In this document: piece by piece, positions 23,913 to 34,775 of the stretch
How the letters are laid out: each line of letters starts with the position of its first letter
How positions within the stretch are numbered: position 1 is the stretch's first letter
NCBI GenBank assembly: GCA_964019425.1
Contig: OZ025796.1
Location: forward strand, 434,001 to 498,000
Source: Flectonema sp. DT1601
Taxonomy: Eukaryota
Length of the DNA stretch: 64,000 bases
Direction of reading: 5' to 3'
Translations under genes and position numbers: made by a program
The notes under the pieces: generated by a model
Told to the model about the DNA's origin: nothing
Databases searched by the model: none
Seen by the model: the letters and a program-made list of their open reading frames with translations, nothing else

Positions 23913-24917
23913 ATGCTGAAACACTTCTGCGATGGCTGCAGGGAACCGAAGACTGAAGTAAAGAAAGACAATTGGGGATTGTCTCACTGTACTGAATGTG
24001 GTGATCAGGTGAGGAGGATCTGTGGTGCAGCTCGTCGAATTGCCCACTCAGTGCAGTACTGGAGAATTGACAGTTCAGAGATGGCGAAAGAGAAACTTAA
24101 ACCAGTCTCAGAAAAACATACTGACTCAGAAGGAAATGATTATTGGATAGCGAGGATGAACACTCAGCAGCTGAATATAAATTATCTAATAACAAATCAC
24201 GCTCCGTTCAGTCTCAAGCGAGCTAAGGTCACAACACCAACCGAAACCATAAAATGTTTACCATCTCAGGCTCAAGATAAACCGATGCTTCCATTAGTAC
24301 CGAAGCCATCAAGTAAATATTGTAAGCGATTAGACGTCCCTACGAGAAAACGAGGACTTGATCAAGTTGATGCAGAAAACTCTCCCGGAGGTGATGGCGA
24401 GTCATCAGGTGATAGTGATTGTGTCATCATTGCTGCTGTTCCTACTAAAAGGGGAAAGAGAGCTCTTCAAGTAGCTGCTGCTAAACTGCTACCAACCTTT
24501 CAAAAAGATGGAAAGAAAACAGCTGCTACTCTGCCGATAGGATTGTCTCTTTTATCTGTTGAGAAAATACCAAAATTCACACCTTCCGAAACTCAAGCGA
24601 GAATGATCGAATATCTGATGGCCTCTTCAAGGAATATTTCAAATGGTAATCTCCATTGCTCTACTTGTGGGAGTACTACTCCTCATCCTAAAGCTGTATT
24701 GTCGTGTGTGCGTTGGCCTGAAGACATAACTTCTCGCGAACAGAGTATGTTGTGGTACGGCCCATGCAATATCTTCGGAACTGAAATAGCACCTGAAGTG
24801 TTAGCAGGTTGGAACACTCACGGACCAGTTATTGAAAATGGAGACTCAACAGTTAGAGAAAGAGTTCATCCTCATCAAAGAATATCAGCGAGAGCTTTAG
24901 AACAATCTTGGACGTAA
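23913..24917 (+). CDS. Hypothetical protein with CxxC pairs and basic NLS-like stretches
   Basis: 334-aa ORF after an AG near 23906; CDGC, CTEC and CSTC motifs. Confidence 0.6.
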   Translation: MLKHFCDGCREPKTEVKKDNWGLSHCTECGDQVRRICGAARRIAHSVQYWRIDSSEMAKEKLKPVSEKHTDSEGNDYWIARMNTQQLNINYLITNHAPFSLKRAKVTTPTETIKCLPSQAQDKPMLPLVPKPSSKYCKRLDVPTRKRGLDQVDAENSPGGDGESSGDSDCVIIAAVPTKRGKRALQVAAAKLLPTFQKDGKKTAATLPIGLSLLSVEKIPKFTPSETQARMIEYLMASSRNISNGNLHCSTCGSTTPHPKAVLSCVRWPEDITSREQSMLWYGPCNIFGTEIAPEVLAGWNTHGPVIENGDSTVRERVHPHQRISARALEQSWT

Positions 24918-25260
24918 CGTTTTAGAACTTGAGGAGTGATCATCTTCATGTTGTCAGAACACTTCAGCATCGCTGTTGGTCTCAATTAGAAATGTGACTC
25001 TTAGCGAGTCACAGATATTAGTATTGCGTAGTGTGGCTCTCTAATGCTTTGGGTGAGCAGCTACCATCGACTTGAATGCAACAGTTCATTCACATTATTA
25101 TATTATTACTTCAGTTCATGGTGAGGTGTATTATCGTTTCTCAGAACACACAGCAAACATGTTTTTCCTTGTGGAGTTGTTGCTGTTTACTACAAACAGG
25201 AGACGTTAGATAAGTATTCCGCAGTACTGATATAATCTCCCCCTTCAGAGCACTAAAGAC

Positions 25261-27417
25261 ATGGGTGACCACAGCTACAGAGTGTTGAAGGACATCGGTG
25301 GGTCGGAGCTGACGCCTTCCGAAGTCCAGAGCTGGTCGAGTGGAGGTACAGCCGGAATCCTTCCAGCGGAACGAAAGAAGGCTACCTTTGACACCAGCAA
25401 GATGACAGCTGCTATTTATGGAGGAGAAGAGAACGTTAGAAAGAGAAGGTTCGTATTGGCTCCTGGAAAGAAGTTTGAGATCGGGCTCAAGAAACATGAA
25501 ATGAGTAGAGAAGAAACGATGGCGAAACACTTCCATCATTTTATTTCTATTCACAAGACTTACACAAAGAAAGGATACAGACCAACACCTGAAGAGACTG
25601 CTTGGATGGCTGCCTGTTCAATGAATTCTGGTGCCTTAACAACTCACATGGGACTGTTTTTACCAACTTTGATAGGGCAGACGACATCTGCTCAGCAGAT
25701 TCAGTGGCTTCCAAGAACGATGAAATTTCAGATCGTTGGTGCGTACGCTCAGACGGAACTAGGCCACGGATCTAATGTACGAGGACTCCAAACAACTGCG
25801 ACTTACGATCTCGCAACTCAACAGTTTGTTATCGATACTCCAACCTTACAGTCAACAAAGTTTTGGAATTCTGGAGTTGGATCCTGCGCCACTCACTGCG
25901 TTCTGTATGCTCAGTTGATATTAAAAGGAAAATGTTATGGTGTTCACGTCTTCTTCGTTCAATTAAGAGATGAAAATCATTACCCCCTACCAGGGATTGA
26001 AATAGGAGACTGCGGTCGTAAACTCGGAGACAATGCTATCGACACAGGTTATATCAGATTTAAGGATCACAGAATCCCAAGAGAACACATGCTTGCTAAG
26101 AAGAGTGTTGTTACAGCAGAGGGAGAGTACATTAAGAATACTCCTCCACCTTCTGCTGGACCTTCCAAAGCAGCTGCTGACAAACTCTCATACATGACAA
26201 TGTTGACTGCTAGATCTAATATGATAGGAGTGTCAGGAGGAAAGCTTGCACTGGCAGTAACTACTGCTGTTAGGTATAGTTGTGTTCGTAAACAGGGATT
26301 TACTCAGCCGGGTATTGATGTCACAAATTACAAAGCTGAAGAAAGGCAAATCATTGACTACGACTATCAAAACTATCGACTGATGAAACAGTTGTCTATC
26401 TCTCTTGGTATTCAATTCTCTGCAAGGTGGATGATGGAAAGATTCGCTCAGCTTTCAAAAGGAATGTGGAATGTCGGATTTGATGATGACAAACCAGACA
26501 GCAACCCTTCAGCAGACACTGGAGCAGACCTACCAGAAATACACGCATCCTCAGCAGGTTTAAAGGGTCTCTGTTGCAAGTTAGCATCAGACGGAATGGA
26601 AGATTGTAGAAAGTGTTGTGGAGGACACGGATACCTGCTAGCATCTGGTATCGCTGCTTCATGGGCAGACTATGTTTGGCAGGCAACAGCTGAGGGTGAC
26701 TTAGTTGTAATGCTGCTTCAGACTGCTCGATTTCAATTAAAATCGCTGGACGCTCTCCGTGCTACTGGAGCTTCCCCTCCAGGAATTCTTAACTACCTGA
26801 CTCAAATCCGTGATCCAGGATTCGTTATTAAAAAAGTTCCATTTTTACCAACTCTCGACGGTGTTGAAGACGTTCTACGCACTCGCGCCTTACAGGCTGT
26901 CATGAGTGCTGATAAGAGAAGAGATACTATGTCGATGGTTAATTCAGCTGAAAGACATTGTTTTTATTTTATGTATTTAAAGTTCAAGGCTGCTATTCAA
27001 AGTACGACTGACGCAGGAGTGGCAGAAGTACTACAGCAACTTTGTTTATTATTTGGGTTGTCACAAATAATTGATGGCTCTGGTTGGGGAGGGATCATTA
27101 ACAGTGATGAACAACAACTTGCTGAGACTACTGTGGGGCAGATTCTAAGCAAGCTCCGTCCGAATGCTGTTTCTCTTGTCGACTCTTTTGATATTCCTGA
27201 CCGGGTTCTTAACTCTGCGATTGGTCGCTCTGATGGAAATGTCTACGAGGCCCTCTTCAAGAATGCTAAAGATAGTCCCCTCAATGAAACCGGTCCTTTT
27301 AGTGGATACAGTGACTACTTAAAACCTCACCTCGATGTTAATTTCTTAAAACTGAGAGGTGATGCTCCAAAAGCTCTTAAAAACTCGATGAAACCTCGCA
27401 AGAAGGCGAGGTTATAG
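25261..27417 (+). CDS. ACOX1: Peroxisomal/glycosomal acyl-CoA oxidase
   Basis: GAYAQTELGHGSNVRGLQTTATYD, AVRYSCVRKQG, CRKCCGGHGY, TAEGD, NSAIGRSDGNVYE; C-terminal PTS1 -ARL. Confidence 0.96.
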   Translation: MGDHSYRVLKDIGGSELTPSEVQSWSSGGTAGILPAERKKATFDTSKMTAAIYGGEENVRKRRFVLAPGKKFEIGLKKHEMSREETMAKHFHHFISIHKTYTKKGYRPTPEETAWMAACSMNSGALTTHMGLFLPTLIGQTTSAQQIQWLPRTMKFQIVGAYAQTELGHGSNVRGLQTTATYDLATQQFVIDTPTLQSTKFWNSGVGSCATHCVLYAQLILKGKCYGVHVFFVQLRDENHYPLPGIEIGDCGRKLGDNAIDTGYIRFKDHRIPREHMLAKKSVVTAEGEYIKNTPPPSAGPSKAAADKLSYMTMLTARSNMIGVSGGKLALAVTTAVRYSCVRKQGFTQPGIDVTNYKAEERQIIDYDYQNYRLMKQLSISLGIQFSARWMMERFAQLSKGMWNVGFDDDKPDSNPSADTGADLPEIHASSAGLKGLCCKLASDGMEDCRKCCGGHGYLLASGIAASWADYVWQATAEGDLVVMLLQTARFQLKSLDALRATGASPPGILNYLTQIRDPGFVIKKVPFLPTLDGVEDVLRTRALQAVMSADKRRDTMSMVNSAERHCFYFMYLKFKAAIQSTTDAGVAEVLQQLCLLFGLSQIIDGSGWGGIINSDEQQLAETTVGQILSKLRPNAVSLVDSFDIPDRVLNSAIGRSDGNVYEALFKNAKDSPLNETGPFSGYSDYLKPHLDVNFLKLRGDAPKALKNSMKPRKKARL

Positions 27418-28489
27418 AATAATCTTTTTTTTTTTCTTTCTTCTTTTTTTTTGGTGTTTTTATATTTGCTTCCGAAAAATAATAAAAAAATTTGAGTACG
27501 AATTAAAGACCATCTCTCTTATACTTCTGAATACAATAAGGGGACCGTCTTCATAGTTATTGCGTACCTTCTTAGACTATTGCTGCTTTACTGAGTTTTT
27601 TTTTTTGGTTTTGAAATTTTTTTTTTACAAAACAAATATATTGATTAGTGGATTAATTCTATTTTTCTTTATTCCTCTTTTTTGTCTCTTTGCGTTGGTT
27701 TGTATGAATCTGTAGTAGGAGGGTGGTGGCACAACAGTGATCCATTTCCCTTTGAGAGTTCATACGCAGTCATAACAGCAGCAGCCATGTAATAAAGACT
27801 CTGTTGGTGAACTAGCTTTGATGGATAGCCAATACCGACGTAGTCGGAGAAAGCCGTTGTTTCTTATGGTCATGATTTATTTTCCCCCGATTCTGTCTGC
27901 GTTCAACGAAATATATGAATGACTTTGTGTGTGGGAGTTTTTTTTTTTCTTTTCTTCAACGCCCGAATATTCTTTCGGGAAGAGAAAATAATAAAAAATT
28001 CCCGAATTGCTACACGTTTATATTATCTTTATATTTTTTTTTCCCCCTGCGATGATGTTCTCTCTTTATTTTTAATTTAATTCTCATCTTTCGTTCGGTC
28101 GCATGGGAGAGTCAGTTGAGCTGCTTCAACGACCCTTCCAGCGAATCTCCTTCTTCGATTTTCGTAAGGAAAAAAAAAAAGAACGATTAAATAATTTGAT
28201 GTCCCTCCCAGATTTTATTGTGTGCTACCTGCTTTTATAACTCGTTTTTTACATCTCCCTCTTCCCACAACTGCTCCACTCTTCCGTTCGCCTTAGTATT
28301 CTGAAGCCACGAAGGATGTTTTAAGATTGTGTTTTTTTTTTTTTTTTTTTTTTTTTGTTTGTTGGTACATATATTTTTTTAAAAAAAAAAAAAAAAGTGT
28401 TTTTTAATCTCTCCGATCTATTTTAAGAAGTTTGTATTTTTTGTTATCACTAATTTACTTTTTCAGTACCGCACCGTGTTATCAAAAAT

Positions 28490-30430
28490 ATGGATTGGAT
28501 TCATCAAATAGACTGGTTGGGTATGCTCCCATCAGTTGATACATTGATGTCTGTTAACGACGTTGAACCTTTACTCTTGGCAGCTCCAATCGTACCAATC
28601 GCTGTAAAGATTTTCGGATTATTCAAATTACAAATAAAAAGAAAAGACAGAAAGAAGACAACCAGTGAAACTACCACTCCAACCGACCCAATCAGATCTG
28701 TTAGCAGCGTGTCGATTACAAGAATAGCTTTGAAAGTATTATTTCTATTCTACTGTGGTACACTACTTGGGATTGCAGGAGTGTTATCAGTGTGGAAAGG
28801 ATGCCTTCCAACTGTTGTTTCTATAGTCTTGTTATATATTACAATGAGACAAACAACAAGATCAAGTTTTTTATTCGATTTATCATTTGCGGTTTTCGGA
28901 ACTTTGTCATTGTCACTACTAACTACTATACCCGTGACGTCAAAAGACACACTCGTGTCTGTAGACGTGAATGTCGCTGCTTATAGAAGTATCAAAGACG
29001 CGATGACTCATACTCCAGAGGGTGGTATAGTAAGAATCTTGCCTGGTGTTTATAAGGAAAATATATTTATATCAAAGAATATTGTCCTTCAAGGTCTTGG
29101 AGCAACCCAATCAGATGTTGTCATAGCATCTCCTAACAGTTTACCGACAGTTGTTATTGCTGGAGATGGAAGGATGAAATGGTTGACGTTGCTTTCAAAA
29201 AACACTCAGCCGGCTTTAATTTTTGCTGATTCAGTTTTGGGAGCTCACATTTCAGATGTGATGGTCAACTGTTCAGGTAGTACTAGAAGTAGTTGTGTAG
29301 CTTCACTTAGATCTCATCCTTTGGTTCTTCATCATTTAACAAACATATCGATTAATTCAAAATTATTATTATCATCTGTGGTTGACGATGAGTCGTCACC
29401 TGAAACCGTTTCTATTGAGCAGTCGACAGTCATTTCTAATACTGGAGTCGTACAGCTGACTAGTGATGTTGTTACAAGTGACAGTACCAATGCCTACATC
29501 CACTCAGCAACACCTCGTCATCTCGCATCAGTTTCTGTTGTCGTTCGATGGCTTGATGCTTCTGCGCATTGGTTGCTTATAGCGACGAATCATATTTCAG
29601 TTTTTGTTAAGATTCATGTCAGTCCAAGGATGTCGATTGTGATGATCTATATTAGACGATATGGTAAAACTGTAGGTGAGATGATTGGCATGGGACTCGC
29701 AGCAACAGCTCATGTAGTCGGTGTAGGTATTCAAGTTCTATGGAATGTGTTGTATTCTGGATGGGGGATGATCCATCGTCATGGAGGTCACGTCGTAGTT
29801 CAAGTCATGTCACAGGCAGGAAATGTTGTTTGGGTCACGCTACTGAGTCTGTGTAGGTATTTCATAGCAATTCTTCCATCACTACTCGGCATCTTGAGCA
29901 GTTACTTAAATGAGAACCAACTGATCCAACTGGCACTTCACTTATTATCACTACTTGTAACCCTTTTAGTCTTCTTCTCTGGAAACATACGATCAATTAT
30001 GGGAGGAGGGTATTTACAGGCTAGTTTGACTTTGTCTCGTAACCTTCCTACGGCGATTCCAATTCTCATTGAATATGGAATTTCGTTGTTTGTATTTATT
30101 TGTTGTTATTCTATCCTTCCTGTGTTCTTACCTTTTATAAATGTTTACATAACAATGGCAGTTGTTCACGTTGGACTGCCAGTTCAATCAACCTACACGG
30201 TATTAAAAAGGTTTCAATCGGGTTTGCACTTCCGTCATAAGTCTTGGTGGATAACTCTTTTGATGTTTCGTATTTTCACGCTACTCCATCCTACTAAGGT
30301 GTTCGTAGTGTTTTTTGTGTTGTATCTTCTGCTTCAAGGTGCTAACGGCAAAGGAAAAGAATCCAAAGAGGAGGATAAAAAATCAAAAACTGAATCTGCA
30401 GAGAGTATTGATGAAAAGAAGAAGCAATGA
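28490..30430 (+). CDS. Multi-pass membrane protein with a pectin-lyase-like beta-helix segment
   Basis: SIKDAM...GGIVRILPGVYKENIFISKNIVLQG is a typical beta-helix start; several hydrophobic segments lie on both sides. Confidence 0.65.
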   Translation: MDWIHQIDWLGMLPSVDTLMSVNDVEPLLLAAPIVPIAVKIFGLFKLQIKRKDRKKTTSETTTPTDPIRSVSSVSITRIALKVLFLFYCGTLLGIAGVLSVWKGCLPTVVSIVLLYITMRQTTRSSFLFDLSFAVFGTLSLSLLTTIPVTSKDTLVSVDVNVAAYRSIKDAMTHTPEGGIVRILPGVYKENIFISKNIVLQGLGATQSDVVIASPNSLPTVVIAGDGRMKWLTLLSKNTQPALIFADSVLGAHISDVMVNCSGSTRSSCVASLRSHPLVLHHLTNISINSKLLLSSVVDDESSPETVSIEQSTVISNTGVVQLTSDVVTSDSTNAYIHSATPRHLASVSVVVRWLDASAHWLLIATNHISVFVKIHVSPRMSIVMIYIRRYGKTVGEMIGMGLAATAHVVGVGIQVLWNVLYSGWGMIHRHGGHVVVQVMSQAGNVVWVTLLSLCRYFIAILPSLLGILSSYLNENQLIQLALHLLSLLVTLLVFFSGNIRSIMGGGYLQASLTLSRNLPTAIPILIEYGISLFVFICCYSILPVFLPFINVYITMAVVHVGLPVQSTYTVLKRFQSGLHFRHKSWWITLLMFRIFTLLHPTKVFVVFFVLYLLLQGANGKGKESKEEDKKSKTESAESIDEKKKQ

Positions 30431-31029
30431 GCCAGATTTGAAACTGCCAGCAGACCAGCTGAGTTCAAAGCTTTGTGCTTAAAAACGATGATCGATTTTC
30501 TTATGCCTCATTCGATTTATTTTGATTTTGATTTTTTATTATTAGTATTATTTTCTTTTCATCCCCTTTTTTCTTCTTTCTTTTTTTTTTTATTTTTATA
30601 GAAGGAAACAGCACATATTGTGACTGCCTGAGGGCGGATGGTGTTTTGGTTGTTCTCACTCGCAATACTTTTGTTTTTTTTTGACTGACCTGAAATTTTT
30701 ATTTCAAACCGCAGCCACAAGAGGATGGTATTCATTAATGATAGAACACAAAAAAACAGAAAAAAAAAAAAAAAAAAAAAAAAGTACTTTTTAAACTATC
30801 TCCACGTGCCTGTTACGAGCAATAGTTAGTTGCCGGACTTCGAAAATATAATTTTTTTTTCTTCTTCTTCTTTTTTTTTTTTTTTTTTTGTTCATTCCAT
30901 GCAAAGACATTACACATCATGTGGTATTTTTGGCGTGATTGACTTTGGTAACAAAACTCGTGGATTTCAAGTAGTAAATACTCAATTCTCTCATCTAGTT
31001 ATTTTATATATAAAAACAAACAAACAAAA

Positions 31030-31512
31030 ATGTTAGCTTCCATTGCCAACTTCTTTCATATCAAAACAGAGTCTTCTGATGATGTGATTGACGAGTCTGA
31101 AGACGTTTTATTGGAAGCTGGAAAACAAGCGGCTGAGATTGACAAACAGCTTCGACAAGTCGAATCTGAAATTGAAAACTTCGAAGAAAGAGAAAAAGAT
31201 ATTCGTCGAGAAGGTGAATGTGTTATTATGGCTACCCACGATGAGGGAAGTGAGAAAATCGGAGATGACATTCGCGCAATGGTGTTAAAGGAACTGAATA
31301 AAGTATCGACCACCTTATCAAAGAAACGCGAAGACTTAGAGCTTCGCGTTATCAAATTACACATTAAAAGAGCTGAAGTTTTAGGAGAGCAACGCAAAGC
31401 GGAACAACTTTTATATAATTGCGGAAGGACGATGGATCCGGAAGTTGCTGTCGTTGACGATTCCAGTTCTGAAGAAACAGATGTCGATGAGCAGAACCCA
31501 CTTGTTAGTTGA
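31030..31512 (+). CDS. Small acidic coiled-coil protein
   Basis: 160-aa ORF with an E/K-rich heptad pattern. Confidence 0.65.
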   Translation: MLASIANFFHIKTESSDDVIDESEDVLLEAGKQAAEIDKQLRQVESEIENFEEREKDIRREGECVIMATHDEGSEKIGDDIRAMVLKELNKVSTTLSKKREDLELRVIKLHIKRAEVLGEQRKAEQLLYNCGRTMDPEVAVVDDSSSEETDVDEQNPLVS

Positions 31513-31630
31513 TGTTGATGTTATTATTACCAAACAGACTTTTGTTATATTTAAGTTTATCTTTTCTTTCGGATTTCACTCTCCCCTCTTTCTATCCTTT
31601 GAGAGGTTGCTTTGGTTCTGTTTTTGAAGT

Positions 31631-31692
31631 TCTCCCCAGGTCTACGTGGAGTGACGTATCTCCCCAGGTCTACGTGGAGTGACGTATCTCCC
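31631..31692. repeat. 28-bp tandem duplication
   Basis: TCTCCCCAGGTCTACGTGGAGTGACGTA occurs twice, followed by a partial third copy. Confidence 0.9.
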
Positions 31693-32001
31693 TGTTCGCC
31701 CTCAATGGAGGTGAGAAATTTTCGGTCGGTTTTGTACTCTGATTCACATCAATATATAATGTCTGATGGTGTTCCTCCTTAAAGTGGGAAGGTTGTCTAG
31801 TTTTGACATTTTCGTGGGCACGAAACCGTGAACCGATATGGAAAGGTTTACGTGTGCTGCCAATGCTTCGTCAACTAAAAAAAAAAAATATCTTCGTCGT
31901 TCAATTTCTCAATTAGTTGGCAGTTTTTGTGTTTCCAATTCTAACGAAGTAATTAGTTCTCTTTTTCTTCAGTTATTTCTATTCCCCCTCGACACCTAAC
32001 A

Positions 32002-33318
32002 ATGACTGACTACTCTTCTTTTCAAGATAAGATAATGATGGCTTATGGAGAGCTCGACACCAGAAAGACTCGTTCCGTCAGCTTAGACGCATTCTCACAG
32101 GGACTGTCAAGGCTTCAAATTGGTTTGAGTGGAGCAACCGTTCAGGACCTGTTCTTTAAGGCAGACGCCAACGGTGACGGAGTTCTATCTCTGTCGGAAT
32201 TTCAGAGATTTGCTGAAGGTCATCCCACACTTCTTGATGTCATGTATTATCGTGCTAAGGATTATTATGCAAATGAGAAGATGTTGGAAGAGTTGGAGTT
32301 GGCGGGGCAGCAGGCTAGTGAACTACGCTCTCGTGAAGCAGCCCTTCTGAGAGCTTCCCAACAGGCTGAGAATGAAGTTGCTACTCAAGAACATGTTTTA
32401 CAACTTGCTGATAATAATATTCAAGACTGTGAGCATCGTGAACAAGTTGCCAGAACTACTTTGGAAAGGGAACAGTCTGAGTCTGAAGGATGCAGGCAGG
32501 AGCTTACCCAGCGAGGCGTCGATCTGGCGAACTCTCGTGAGAACCTTCGTGGCTGTCAGCAGCAACTTCAAAGTGCAACTCGTGAAACAGAACAACAGTC
32601 TCTAATGCTGCAGCAGGCGGAGTCACAAACTTCAAATGCAGAACAGAAACTCCGAGAAATTGAGAGACAGCTACAGGACCAACAACGTGCTGTAGAAGAA
32701 GCTCGGGCAAACACACTTCGAAACCACGATGAGCTCCAGCAATGTCATGTTCGTGAAGAAGCAACAAAAGCAACTGTTCAGGATGCCGAGAAAGGTTTGG
32801 ACCTCGCTGGGGAAGCAGCCGTCAACAGTGAAAGGAACCTCGGCGATCAGTTAGAAAGAGAAAAAGAATCATCTGGTGTTCTGAGAGAGGCCACATCCCT
32901 AACATCAAAAGCCGTCACTGATCGTGACAGTGAGTATAGACAACTACAGCTCAACAAAGATAAGAATGCCGCGGCAATGATTGAACATCAGAATGGAGTT
33001 AAGAATGTTGAAAACCAGGATCGTCAAATTGAGAATCTTAAAATTGAAAACGACGCTCAAGCTCAACGCCGTCAGCGCGTTATGGAAGAAGAGAACCCTC
33101 TCGTAGAGCAGGAGATTCGTCTTAAAGAACAACGTGACTGCCTTGAATCAAAAGAAATGCAGCTCCGCTCACAGTTCAGCTCTTACTCAAATGCCCGTCA
33201 GTCTCCAGCAGCAAACTCAAGACGTTCTGCGTCACCAGAATTACCTACGTCGGGATCTCCTTATCACAGAAGAGTGATTTCTCACAGTCCTTCTGTTTCT
33301 CCTTCTTATGTGAGATAG
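32002..33318 (+). CDS. EF-hand plus long coiled-coil protein
   Basis: Canonical EF loop DANGDGVLSLSE, a degenerate partner loop, and a Q/E-rich coiled coil. Confidence 0.85.
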   Translation: MTDYSSFQDKIMMAYGELDTRKTRSVSLDAFSQGLSRLQIGLSGATVQDLFFKADANGDGVLSLSEFQRFAEGHPTLLDVMYYRAKDYYANEKMLEELELAGQQASELRSREAALLRASQQAENEVATQEHVLQLADNNIQDCEHREQVARTTLEREQSESEGCRQELTQRGVDLANSRENLRGCQQQLQSATRETEQQSLMLQQAESQTSNAEQKLREIERQLQDQQRAVEEARANTLRNHDELQQCHVREEATKATVQDAEKGLDLAGEAAVNSERNLGDQLEREKESSGVLREATSLTSKAVTDRDSEYRQLQLNKDKNAAAMIEHQNGVKNVENQDRQIENLKIENDAQAQRRQRVMEEENPLVEQEIRLKEQRDCLESKEMQLRSQFSSYSNARQSPAANSRRSASPELPTSGSPYHRRVISHSPSVSPSYVR

Positions 33319-33751
33319 GCATCGGATGGTGTGAAGCCTAGTTTGTGGTTACGATCCAACTTGCAAACTACGACTGCAATGATTTGGTTTGCTTACTTTG
33401 AGTATTCTTGTTTCCCTTCTAGTTGCTGACCGATAACTTCCGTTTCAGTTTTTTCATTCCCGCTGATCACATATGCAACAGAATATTGTTACACGTGCTT
33501 TTGTGATCTCTGAACTGATTGTTGAAGGCGATTTTTTTTCTTTTTCTTCTTGTTTTTTAGTAATATTATTGTAGACTTGTTGTTTCCCATTTTGTAAGAT
33601 TGCTGTTTTCGTTTCTTTTCTTGTTTGCTACTTGTGGAAAAAAAAAAAAAAAAAAAAACGTACGCGGTTTCGTATTTTATTTATTTTCTCTTTCTCTCTT
33701 TTTTCTTTTTTCGGCAATCTCAAATCGATTTGTAAAAAAAAATTAAGTTTT

Positions 33752-33794
<43 letters not shown>

Positions 33795-33912
33795 GTTTGT
33801 ACCTTTTCTCCCTTGAGTTTCTTTTTTTTTTTATAACATGGCATCATTGCGTAAAATTTTAAGTTTTCCCTCCTTCAGCTATCAAGACAAAAACCCCCAC
33901 CACCTTTCGAAA

Positions 33913-34373
33913 ATGATGAGATCCGGAATGAGAGTTGCTTCCCGTGCGGTTGTTGCACGTCCAGCCCAGTCCCGTAACAGTTCCCTTCAGGTGACTGTTT
34001 CTGGATTGAACTACGTTGGAACTGGTATGATAGTTTTTTTTTTTTTTTTTGCATTTATTATGGTTAAAAATGTTATCTATTTTCCCTGTGCCGTCAGTAA
34101 TACTGTCTTGTGATGCTGGTAAATTATATAAAGCGAAGAAAAACTTTAAGTAAAAAAAAACATCAAAAAAAAAACAAAACAGGTCTTTCAGCCATCGCCC
34201 TTGCCGGAGTTGGTGTTGGAATCGGTAACGTCTTCGGAAGCTTTTTGTTGGCTGCCGCCCGTCAGCCAAACCTCATGAGAGCTCTTTTTAACTACGCCAT
34301 TCTTGGATTCGCCTTGACTGAGGCCATCGGCCTTTTTGCCCTCATGATTGCCTTCCTTATGCTTTTCGCATAG
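33913..34373 (+). CDS. ATP9: Mitochondrial ATP synthase subunit c, nucleus-encoded; exons 33913-34024 and 34183-34373 (100 aa)
   Basis: The spliced product ...[22 protein letters not shown]...ARQPNL...[12 protein letters not shown] has the GxGxGxG motif and catalytic Glu; intron GTATGA...AACAG at 34025-34182. Confidence 0.95.
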
Positions 34374-34775
34374 AACCTGATGTAGGTTTTAAAATTTTTT
34401 TTTGCCCGAATGATTTTCTATTTTTTTTAGTGTATACCAAGCAACGATTTCTTGGGGATTTTTTTATTTTATTTTTTGTGGCCTTTTTTTTTTTTTTGAA
34501 AGGAGGGAATGAAGAAGGAAAGAAAAAAAAATAAAGGAAATGACCGAGTGACCAACTTGGTCATTGTTCAGGGTTTTGGGCACCGTGAGGGAGTTCTTAG
34601 ACTTGGTTAACAGTTCTTGTTAATATTCTTGTTCTTTGTACAGGTACATGTTCGGTGGTTAAAAGTAAAATATGTGGTTGTATTAAAATTCCTTCCCCTC
34701 TTTGACAAAACTCATCTAATTTTTGATTTAATTCATTTTTCTTAAAGGGGGGAGAGAGGGGGGAGGGCAAACAGT

